In this document: positions 40,982-47,776 of the stretch, piece by piece
Layout of the letters: each line of letters opens with the position of its first letter
How positions within the stretch are numbered: the stretch's first letter is position 1
Virus record (IMG/VR): IMGVR_UViG_3300048912_000197
Location: 1-47,776 of that record
DNA length: 47,776 nucleotides
Source of the DNA: a virus
Strand: one strand, 5' to 3'
Translations under genes and position numbers: made by a program
The notes under the pieces: model-generated
Seen by the model: the letters and a program-made list of their open reading frames with translations, nothing else
Databases searched by the model: none
Told to the model about the DNA's origin: nothing

Positions 40982-43575
40982 TTCACCAGTGCTAACTTGG
41001 GCGCGCCGGCTAGGCCACCAAGGCCGCCACCGTTTGCGCGCCAGTCATCGAATGCCGGGCCGCGTTGGAAGGCTTCGATCACCGGATCGAGCGGTTCCCC
41101 GGTTGTCTCGCACCACTGCGCGAGCACGTCAGCACCCACGTCAATGTAAGACGTGGCGCGCGAGCTCTGGCCTGCGGCACTGAACCGCATTTCCCGGCGC
41201 TGCTTGTGCGGCGCGAATTGCCGCAGAAATTGATCAATGTGGCCAGCATCGATCCGCACGTTCTGCGAAAGATAATCTGCCCAAGCCAGCTGCAGCTTGT
41301 TCGCGTTCACCAGCAGCCGGTACCGCTCCACCAGCGGGCCGCCGCCCGGCACAAGCAGCGCGTGGTTTTCGTGCGGTGCCTCGAGCAGCTGCCACGTGGC
41401 AGCGGGCGCGCCTTTCAAGTCCACGCGGCCATAGTGCTGATCGGGGAAGCGGCAAAATTCGTACAGCCACAAGATCACATGCCACTTGGGGCCCGAGCCT
41501 AGGGACAGCTCGCGCAGCAGGTCACCAGGGTTCGAATTGATCACGAGGCGCGCGCCACGTTTAACGATACGAGTGGCCCGCAGGTACAGGCAGTGCCGTG
41601 CGATCGCGTCGCTCTGCACCATGTGCTTGACGCGATCGCCACCCAGTCCCTGCAGGTAGGCTCGCGCGTTCGGCAGCATGCGCGCGTGGATCATGCGATC
41701 GCCGATCGCTCGCGCGTCCAACATTGTCGCGTCATTCTTGCTGAAAATCTTTTCCGGGTTGTTCGCCGAAGCCACCACGCGCACCGCGCCGCGGATCGTG
41801 CTCTCGCTTTGAAACTTTTTCTTGTAGGGCCGTGAAAAGCTCGTGATCAGCTCGCGAAATTCTTCCGTGCGCGGCAGGCCGCTGGGGCTCGCTGGGATCC
41901 GCTCTTCTGCGTGGATCAACGGGCAGCCGATCAGGGCTTCATTGAAGTTGCCCAAGACCGATTCCATTTTGGTGCAGCCGTTTTCCGTCCAAAGCCTGGC
42001 CACGCCTTCCGCCAGCATGTTCTTGCCGCTGCCGGGCTCGTGAGTGAGGATCAGCGCGGGCGCAGGCTCGGACAGATCGGTCACGGTGGCGAGCCAATCC
42101 AAGACGCTTTCCAGCGTGCTGCCGTTGAATGCTGCGCGCAGGTACCCGTCAAAATCTGCGCTGTACTCGCCTTCGGTCACGCGCGGCACTGCGCAGGCGC
42201 TGACTAGGGTGTGCGTTTCGGTGTCCAAGTAGCTGCGGCGGATCGAGAGATCCAGCACGTTGCCTTCGATGATCCGGCCGTACTCTGCGCAGAGCTCGTC
42301 CACCGTTTTTTCGATCTGCTTGCCGGTCTTGTCATCATACCGGGACAGCTCCACACCGGCCGAGATCGCCGGGGCCAAGAACGTGCGCACGGCGGCCTTG
42401 GTGCCCGCGCCAAATGGGCCCCTGTAGTCCCCATCGAAAAACACCCAGATCCCCGCGCTGGCGTGGACCAGTAGCCACTTGTTAGCAAGGGTGCCGCTTT
42501 CGGCGGTCCAGCGTGCAAGCTCTTCCGCGGTGTAGGGAAGATCGCGCGTGCCGCTGTAGGCTTCGGAAATGCGCCGAGCATTCTCGGACAGGTTCACCGG
42601 GCCGCGCTTGCTGCGGGCCTCGAGCTGCAGCCGCACGAGCTTTTCGCAGACCGCTTGTTCACTGAAATAGGAACCGTCCGCGCCGGGCATTTGCGAAAGC
42701 GAGGCGCGGAAGAGCCCGGCGATCGAAGCGGGATCAGCGTCCGGCCAGGCCCACGCGATTTGGCTGCAGGTCAGAAAGATCGTTTGGTCGCGGTTGCCGT
42801 CCGGTGCGAAAGGCAAACCTTTGCAGACGAGCTTGATCACTTCGCCGGCCGCGATCTTCGCGCCGGTGCCCTTGGACAGTTTCTGCCCGAGCTTTGCGAG
42901 CATTTCCTGCGTGACCGTGAATTTGCCCGGCTCGGCTTCGGCGGCCTTGATCGGCGCACCTTCCGGCGCGTACCGCAGCAGCGCGTCCAGGGACAGCGGC
43001 GGCCCTTGCTGCTCGAAGGCGATCGGCTGCACGTGCGGCTGGTGCGCAGGCAGGAAATACATTCGATTGGCGTTCTTGCACTGCGTATCGGTCAGGCCAG
43101 CGCTCGCGCCGAGCAGGACCATTGCCGCATTCCAAACCGTTTTCCAGAGCGCTGCGGGGCAGGGCTTGTCCAGCGGGATCACCACTCGGCCCTTGATCAT
43201 GTCACCGCCCGAGTAACTAAAGCTGGTGGCGAACGCGTACGCGCACCGCAGCCCTGCCAGGAAATCGATCAGCTGCTGCAGCGGCACGCCCGGCTTGGTG
43301 CCGTCCGCCAGCTTTTCGCCGTCAATGTCGATGACCAGCGCGCAGACGCTGACCACGTGGTGGACTTTCTTCCCCCCGCGCAGCATGGCCGGGGACCAGA
43401 GCGGCATGCCGAATTTGTCCCGCTGCGGGGTGTGCTGCCGCACGATCGCGGAAAGCGCCGGCCAGCCTGCGATCTGCAGCGGCTTGGGTGCGCTGTCGTA
43501 CTCGTCATTAAAAAGTGAAATTTCCAACGTTGCCCCATCGCACCGGGATCGGTGCGTGCCCGTGTTCAGTCCCAA
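40978..43575 (-). CDS. bifunctional DNA primase (AEP/prim-pol type) - SF3 (D5/P4-like) helicase
   Basis: 865 aa. The N-terminal acidic motif is SVCALVIDIDG, and ...DTQCKNANRMYFLPAH... is also present (AEP / VirE-N-like). The C-terminal half has Walker A LTHEPGSGKNMLAEG and Walker B-like CPLIHAEE. The start (TTG at 43575) is uncertain. Confidence 0.8.
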   Translation of the reverse strand: MGLNTGTHRSRCDGATLEISLFNDEYDSAPKPLQIAGWPALSAIVRQHTPQRDKFGMPLWSPAMLRGGKKVHHVVSVCALVIDIDGEKLADGTKPGVPLQQLIDFLAGLRCAYAFATSFSYSGGDMIKGRVVIPLDKPCPAALWKTVWNAAMVLLGASAGLTDTQCKNANRMYFLPAHQPHVQPIAFEQQGPPLSLDALLRYAPEGAPIKAAEAEPGKFTVTQEMLAKLGQKLSKGTGAKIAAGEVIKLVCKGLPFAPDGNRDQTIFLTCSQIAWAWPDADPASIAGLFRASLSQMPGADGSYFSEQAVCEKLVRLQLEARSKRGPVNLSENARRISEAYSGTRDLPYTAEELARWTAESGTLANKWLLVHASAGIWVFFDGDYRGPFGAGTKAAVRTFLAPAISAGVELSRYDDKTGKQIEKTVDELCAEYGRIIEGNVLDLSIRRSYLDTETHTLVSACAVPRVTEGEYSADFDGYLRAAFNGSTLESVLDWLATVTDLSEPAPALILTHEPGSGKNMLAEGVARLWTENGCTKMESVLGNFNEALIGCPLIHAEERIPASPSGLPRTEEFRELITSFSRPYKKKFQSESTIRGAVRVVASANNPEKIFSKNDATMLDARAIGDRMIHARMLPNARAYLQGLGGDRVKHMVQSDAIARHCLYLRATRIVKRGARLVINSNPGDLLRELSLGSGPKWHVILWLYEFCRFPDQHYGRVDLKGAPAATWQLLEAPHENHALLVPGGGPLVERYRLLVNANKLQLAWADYLSQNVRIDAGHIDQFLRQFAPHKQRREMRFSAAGQSSRATSYIDVGADVLAQWCETTGEPLDPVIEAFQRGPAFDDWRANGGGLGGLAGAPKLALVK

Positions 43576-43805
43576 GAAAGCGGATCGAGACCAAGCCGGA
43601 TCTGCAGCTTGGCCGCCAGCACGCGCCCCGGTTTCTTCCGGCCCGTTTTCAGGAAATGGATCATTTCACCCGAGCAGCCGAGATCGCGCGCGAGCGCAGC
43701 TGCGGATCCGTGTCCCTGCTTTTCGAGCCAGGCCGCCAACGCTAGCGCGCCCCTTGAAAGGGCTTTGCGCTGCAGCGCTTTGCAGTCCAGGGCACTCAGT
43801 TTCAC
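43566..43805 (-). CDS. Cro/YdaS-like helix-turn-helix transcriptional regulator
   Basis: 79 aa from the GTG at 43805; the ORF extends to a TTG at 43841. ...GSAAALARDLGCSGEMIHFLKTGRKKPGRVLAAKLQIRLGL... is an HTH pattern. The gene is divergent from the plus-strand replication block. Confidence 0.6.
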   Translation of the reverse strand: MKLSALDCKALQRKALSRGALALAAWLEKQGHGSAAALARDLGCSGEMIHFLKTGRKKPGRVLAAKLQIRLGLDPLSWD

Positions 43806-43850
43806 GGGCCGACACTCGCACGCGCCCGGCGAATTGTGCAAGCACGATCT

Positions 43851-43862
43851 TAACTAAAGTTA
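43851..43862. promoter_or_regulatory. AT-rich inverted repeat TAACT-AA-AGTTA in the divergent Cro / nuclease intergenic region
   Basis: taactaaagtta at 43851-43862 is the only AT-rich patch here. It is followed by TTGACG (43863-43868). Confidence 0.3.
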
Positions 43863-43937
43863 TTGACGGCCGTGGGCGCGGCGTGCGAAGTGTTGCGCGT
43901 GCTGACGGCGTGGCCTGCACCGAAACCGTGGGGAGCA

Positions 43938-43962
43938 CTTCCCCCTCTTCCCCCTGCCCCTG
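43938..43962. repeat. polypyrimidine tract with tandem 9-mer CTTCCCCCT x2 plus a partial copy
   Basis: cttccccct occurs at 43938-43946 and again at 43947-43955, followed by gcccctg. Confidence 0.8.
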
Positions 43963-44021
43963 CGGGTTGGAAGCAGGCCGCGCCGTCAGGCATTTGGACC
44001 CCGCCAGCGCCCGGCCAGATC

Positions 44022-45446
44022 GTGCTTGCCGGCGATCTGAACCTGCGCGCACGCAAGCCCGATGACGGCAAGATCAAGATCTCGCAGTCGCAGATCACGA
44101 GCTTTATCTGCCAACGCGCGTGGGGTCTGAAAAAGATCGATGGGCTAGAGGATGATGACGAGATCCGCGCGTTCGGACGGCGCGGGCACAAATCGATCGA
44201 GGATTGGCTAGGGAAGGGGATCCCGATCGATCTCACCACACCGCACGGCGAAGCTGCGATCGCAGGTTTGCACCACTGGCCCGATCCACTTTCGCCCGGC
44301 ATGTGGGTGGAGTACGAAATGGCCCCGTGGGAGCCCGAGCCAGGGGAAGGCTACTACTGGCACGGGGTGATCGATCTGCTGCTCGCAGGCCAAGGGCCGG
44401 GCGGCGTTCTGCAGGTGGGCCTTTCGGATCACAAATTCGTGGGGGACTTCGCCTATGCGTTGTCGCCGGAAGAGCTCGCAACGGATCCGCAGGGCTGCTT
44501 GTATGCGCATTGGGCTTTCACCCACTTTCCCGAGCTGACCGAGATCCCACTGCGTTGGATCTACTATCGGCGCAATAAGCCTTACAAGAGCATGGCACGG
44601 CAGGTCACGGTCACGCGCGAGATCATCGCCCCCACCGTGCAAGTGCTTAAGCAGATTAGCCGCGAAATCCGTGACGTGCGGATCGCGGTACGGCAGGGCC
44701 GGATCACCACCGGCATGCAACTGCCACCAAACGCGAGCCAATGCGGGAAGTATCGCGGTTGCAAATTTATCCCGCGTTGCAATTTGTCAGCATTCGAAAA
44801 ATCGGAGTCACTCATGGAAAACGCTAACGATATCTTGGCCCGGATCAACGCAGCACGCACCCAGCAGCAAGGTGGCCCCGTAGCACCGCCGCCTGGTGTT
44901 GCTGCAGGTTTGCCCGCGCTGCCCGCGCAGGCGCAGCCCACGGCACTGCCCGCAGGTTTGCCCGCGCTCCCTGGTGTCAGTGCAGAGCTCGCGCAACGCA
45001 TGCAGGCGCAGCCCGGCGCGCCGGGGCTTTCGCTCCCCGCAGGTTTGCCCGGCATGCCGCAGGCCGCCGTGCTGCCGCCCGTGGTGCCGCTGCAGGCTGC
45101 CGGCCTCAATCCGCCCGAAGCCGCCGCAGGGTTGCTGCCGTCGCTTCCGCAGGGCGCGGTGCAGGCAGTGGGCCAGGAAGAAAAGCCCAAGGCCAAGCGC
45201 GGCAAGAAAGCCGCCGCTGCCACTGCCGGCGCAGTCGAAACGGACGAGCCCGAAGCCTCGAGCGGCGCAGAGCTGCAGCTGCTCGCTGCGTATGTGGAGC
45301 TGCAGCAGAAAGCCGCCGCCATGGCCGAAGCCGTGGGGATCGATCAGATCCAAACCAACGCCGAGCTGCGCAAGATGGCCACCAGCGTCAGCAGCGCTGC
45401 CACGTGGATCGAAGCGTACTGCAAGCGCGCTTTGGGGGTCGCTTGA
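44022..45446 (+). CDS. Cas4-like PD-(D/E)XK exonuclease (Fe-S Cys cluster type) continuous with an A/L/P/Q-rich low-complexity and helical C-terminal region
   Basis: The nuclease part has ISQSQITSFI-C-QRAW, HGVIDLL, LSDHKF and C-GKYRG-C-KFIPR-C (1+3 Cys as in Cas4/AddB-type nucleases). From the in-frame ATG at 44814 onward there is a 210-aa low-complexity/helical region. The ORF opens at a TTG at 43863; I prefer the GTG at 44022 as the start. Confidence 0.7.
   Translation: MLAGDLNLRARKPDDGKIKISQSQITSFICQRAWGLKKIDGLEDDDEIRAFGRRGHKSIEDWLGKGIPIDLTTPHGEAAIAGLHHWPDPLSPGMWVEYEMAPWEPEPGEGYYWHGVIDLLLAGQGPGGVLQVGLSDHKFVGDFAYALSPEELATDPQGCLYAHWAFTHFPELTEIPLRWIYYRRNKPYKSMARQVTVTREIIAPTVQVLKQISREIRDVRIAVRQGRITTGMQLPPNASQCGKYRGCKFIPRCNLSAFEKSESLMENANDILARINAARTQQQGGPVAPPPGVAAGLPALPAQAQPTALPAGLPALPGVSAELAQRMQAQPGAPGLSLPAGLPGMPQAAVLPPVVPLQAAGLNPPEAAAGLLPSLPQGAVQAVGQEEKPKAKRGKKAAAATAGAVETDEPEASSGAELQLLAAYVELQQKAAAMAEAVGIDQIQTNAELRKMATSVSSAATWIEAYCKRALGVA
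44904..45050 (+). repeat. in-frame imperfect tandem repeats encoding AGLPALP-type units
   Basis: gcaggtttgcccgcgct occurs at 44904-44920 and 44952-44968 (48-bp period). A shortened copy, gcaggtttgccc, lies at 45039-45050. Confidence 0.85.
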
Positions 45447-45883
45447 GCCGCAGCGATCTGCCGGTGACCCCGGCCGAGTCCGAGCGGCGCGAAGTGCCGC
45501 AGGCCGCTGCGGTGGGCGATGGCTTCCGCAACGGCGTGACGTTGACGGCCACGGGCAAGGACGGCACCAAGGTGCGCGAGCCCTTCCACGTTCTTGCCAC
45601 TCGGCTCGGACGGCGTGGGCGGCGCGAATTTGACGCGCAGTTTTCGCGCATGGTCGGCGGCCCGTGGCGGTGGGGTGAAAACCGCGCCTTCCGTCGCTTG
45701 CCGTACTTCGCAAAACGCACGCCCGATGGGTATGGGGAAGACACCCTAAACCGCCTTCGCGCGGCTGCAGGCATCGCCGTGGCAGCGGCGGCTGGTCCGT
45801 TCTATCAGGCCAATCCGAAGCTGCGCGAAAAGGCCAAGGCGGCGCGCCACGCCCGGCGCGTGACTCGGGCGCGATCGAAGTAA
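45443..45883 (+). CDS. hypothetical basic protein (146 aa)
   Basis: The TTG at 45443 overlaps the previous stop (TTGA); GTG at 45464 is an alternative. R/K-rich C-terminus. No motif recognised. Confidence 0.5.
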   Translation: MSRSDLPVTPAESERREVPQAAAVGDGFRNGVTLTATGKDGTKVREPFHVLATRLGRRGRREFDAQFSRMVGGPWRWGENRAFRRLPYFAKRTPDGYGEDTLNRLRAAAGIAVAAAAGPFYQANPKLREKAKAARHARRVTRARSK

Positions 45884-45896
45884 GGGACTCGGGGAC

Positions 45897-47621
45897 GTGG
45901 GAGCTACAGCGGTTTCGGATAGCTTGGAAATGCGGCGCATTCGTGCGGTGCCGCGCCGTCAGTGGGAGCCAGATCAGGCGCAAGCCCTGGCCGATCACAT
46001 GACGCGAGCACTGGCGAAAACGCCGAACCCCTATCCGGGGCCGCTGTACCCCGCCCAAGCGATTGCGCTTTGGGAGCTCGCAGAGTGTGGCGGACTTTTC
46101 GCGCCGCTGCCGGTGGGCGGTGGCAAGACGCTGGTGGCGTTGCTCGCGCCGTACATGCTCGGATCGGTGCGGCCCCTGCTGGTGGTGCGCGCGGCACTCG
46201 AAAAGAAAATGCGCCGCAAAATGGTGGAGCTGGCCGAGCACTGGCCGATCCCCAATTTCATCAGGATCACCACGTACGAGGCGCTAGGCCGAGTGAGTGC
46301 CAAGACGCTGCTGGACGAGTACCGGCCCGATTCGATCATTTGTGACGAGGCGCACCGAATCAAAAACCCTCGAGCAGCAGTCACGATCCAGATCTCGGGC
46401 TACATGAACACGCACACCGAATGCAAATACGTGGATCTTTCCGGCACGCCCGGGAAAATTAGCGTAACCGAATTTGCGCCCCGGCTTCGGTGGGCGCAGC
46501 GGTTTGCTGGTGGCTTCCCGCTGCCGAACGGCGCGGACGAACGCAAGACGTGGGCGGCGGTGCTGGACGAAAAGGAAGATCGCAACGGCGACCGCAGGCC
46601 CATGCCGGGCGCGCTGCTGACCCTGGCAGGGCCGGAAGACATGATCACCACGGACAAGGACGGCAACCAATGGCAGGAGCACGATCCGTACACGATCGCG
46701 CGCCGCGCATGGGGCCGCCGTTTCCACCAGACCAAGGGGGTGGTGGTGACCACGGACGATCCGCACGCGGTGGGCGCGTCCCTGCTCGTGCAATCGATGA
46801 CGCTGCCGAAGCGCTGCCCGGCGATCGAAGCGCACCTGCGCGAGCTGCGCGCCACGTGGGAACGTCCGGACGGGTGGGCCTTCGCCGAAGCCCCGCAGGT
46901 GTGGGCCTGCGCGCGGCAGCTGGCACTCGGTTTCTATTACAAGTGGAAGCAGACCCCACCGCCCGAGTGGATCGAAGCTCGGCGCGCGTGGGCCAAGTAC
47001 GTGCGGCAGCAGATCAACGCAGGGCGCGTGCAGAGCGAGCTGGACTGCGCGCAAACCTTCCCGGACGCGCTGCAGCTGACCGAGTGGCAGGCAATCAAGG
47101 ACCAGTACAAGCACGAGACCGAATGCGTTTGGATCTCGGGCGAGCCTTTGAAGCTCTGCGCAGACTGGCTCGCGCAGAACGACCGCGGGATCTGCTGGGT
47201 GGCGCACCGCTATTTTGGTGAGGCGCTGTCCTACGTCACCGGGCGGCCCTACTTCCGGGAAGAGGCCCACGACGCGCAGGGCAACTACGTGGAAGATGCC
47301 AGCGGCCCGATCATTCTCTCGATCCAAGCCGGTCGCGAAGGCTTGGATCTCCAATTCAAGTGGGACACCAACCTGATCACCGCGCCCATGTCCGGCGCTG
47401 ACGATTGGGAGCAGCTGCTAGCGCGCACGCACCGCCGTGGCCAAGACTCGGACACGGTCAGCGCGTACGTGTTCACGAATTGTGACGAGCACGTGGCCAG
47501 CATGCAGAGCGCGCTGGCACTTTCAACCGCGTTCAGTCGTGACACGCTGCACGCAAAACCGAAGCTCTTGTATTGCGATCTGGACCTGCTCAATTTGTGG
47601 CCGAGTCAGATCGCTGCGTAA
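45897..47621 (+). CDS. SNF2-family DEAH-box helicase / ATP-dependent translocase
   Basis: 574 aa. Motif I is PVGGGKTLVAL, motif II is ICDEAHRIKN, motif V-like is ILSIQAGREGLDLQ, and motif VI is QLLARTHRRGQ. The start is uncertain (GTG at 45897). Confidence 0.85.
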   Translation: MGATAVSDSLEMRRIRAVPRRQWEPDQAQALADHMTRALAKTPNPYPGPLYPAQAIALWELAECGGLFAPLPVGGGKTLVALLAPYMLGSVRPLLVVRAALEKKMRRKMVELAEHWPIPNFIRITTYEALGRVSAKTLLDEYRPDSIICDEAHRIKNPRAAVTIQISGYMNTHTECKYVDLSGTPGKISVTEFAPRLRWAQRFAGGFPLPNGADERKTWAAVLDEKEDRNGDRRPMPGALLTLAGPEDMITTDKDGNQWQEHDPYTIARRAWGRRFHQTKGVVVTTDDPHAVGASLLVQSMTLPKRCPAIEAHLRELRATWERPDGWAFAEAPQVWACARQLALGFYYKWKQTPPPEWIEARRAWAKYVRQQINAGRVQSELDCAQTFPDALQLTEWQAIKDQYKHETECVWISGEPLKLCADWLAQNDRGICWVAHRYFGEALSYVTGRPYFREEAHDAQGNYVEDASGPIILSIQAGREGLDLQFKWDTNLITAPMSGADDWEQLLARTHRRGQDSDTVSAYVFTNCDEHVASMQSALALSTAFSRDTLHAKPKLLYCDLDLLNLWPSQIAA

Positions 47622-47648
47622 CGTCCGAAACCACAAGGATCGATCCAA

Positions 47649-47776
47649 ATGCAAAATCCCATTCTCGCAAACATCCAAGCCCAATTCGGTCAGCAGCCCC
47701 CGCAGCAGCAGGCGGCCTTCCCGCAGGCCGCGCAGGTGGCGCAGCCCGGACAATTCCCGCAGCAGCAGTACCAGCA
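47649..47776 (+). CDS. 5' end of the junction-spanning Q/P/G-rich protein gene (continues at base 128 after removing the duplicated 127 bp)
   Basis: The ATG at 47649 has AGGA 9 nt upstream. The reading frame runs off the window end in phase with 1..890. Confidence 0.75.
   Translation, partial: MQNPILANIQAQFGQQPPQQQAAFPQAAQVAQPGQFPQQQYQ
47650..47776. repeat. Terminal direct duplication, copy 2 (identical to 1..127)
   Basis: Exact 127-bp match to the window start. Confidence 0.95.

Noticed and set aside
39878-41149. 423-aa plus-strand ORF crossing two terminators and the DUF4406 gene
   Set aside because: It runs through a perfect bidirectional terminator and antisense to a motif-bearing gene, with R/P/A/G-rich composition.
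44808-46241. 477-aa minus-strand ORF, and likewise 46284..47354 (356 aa), antisense to the nuclease, hypothetical and SNF2 genes
   Set aside because: Both have R/G/A/P-rich low-information translations. They lie opposite genes with clear helicase and nuclease motifs, so they are shadow ORFs.
497-46376. Apparent excess of CTCGAG (XhoI) sites, often as GCCTCGAGC
   Set aside because: By eye the excess is only about two-fold over a rough composition-based expectation. It is readily explained by preferred codons (CTC-GAG for Leu-Glu, GCC-TCG-AGC). It is not treated as a signal comparable to HIP1.

Overview
The window is a complete tailed dsDNA phage genome that was assembled as a circle. The first 127 bp are identical to the last 127 bp, so the unique length is 47,649 bp, and one gene runs across the junction. 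GC content is high (about 62-64% by eye) and the genome is densely coding: I call about 63 protein genes and found no canonical tRNA, rRNA, CRISPR array, integrase or transposase.

Gene layout, four transcription blocks:
- Block 1, plus strand, 43.9 kb across the junction to 5.6 kb (replication and recombination): Cas4-like PD-(D/E)XK nuclease with a low-complexity tail, SNF2/DEAH helicase, a Q/P/G-rich protein, a beta-class amino-DNA methyltransferase, a family A DNA polymerase, and small unknown genes.
- Block 2, minus strand, 33.8 kb down to 5.6 kb (late genes): C5 cytosine methyltransferase, putative small terminase, TerL, portal, MuF-like protein, DUF2213-type scaffold/protease, decoration protein, DUF2184-type major capsid, head-tail connectors, sheath, tube, chaperone with a -1 frameshift, 525-aa tape measure, baseplate (plug, hub, spike, gp25-like, J-like), several fibre proteins, a lysis-like cassette, and two further fibre-type genes.
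- Block 3, plus strand, 34.2-40.2 kb (early genes): mostly unknown, Cys-rich, zinc-finger-like or membrane proteins, plus one RHH-like regulator.
- Block 4, minus strand, 43.8 down to 40.5 kb: Cro-like HTH protein, AEP primase-SF3 helicase fusion, DUF4406/DUF1937-like protein.

The morphogenesis genes indicate a small contractile-tailed phage. From memory, the baseplate and tail gene order resembles minimal cyanomyophages of the Pam3 type; this needs a search to confirm.

The most notable sequence-level signal is strong enrichment of the cyanobacterial HIP1 octamer GCGATCGC (at least 18 copies) together with dense GATC, in a genome that carries two orphan DNA methyltransferases. Other points worth a second look:
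- two proteins in the replication module with long low-complexity regions, one with an internal SD-ATG
- a 550-aa early membrane protein with an internal lipoprotein-like signal
- a roughly 450-bp divergent control region full of short repeats and palindromes
- a tRNA-like T-arm/acceptor fragment
- a CCHC zinc-knuckle gene and a small membrane gene inside the packaging module

All functional calls rest on motif recognition by eye. No database search was run, and start codons are my best guesses from gene overlaps, SD-like sequences and third-position GC.
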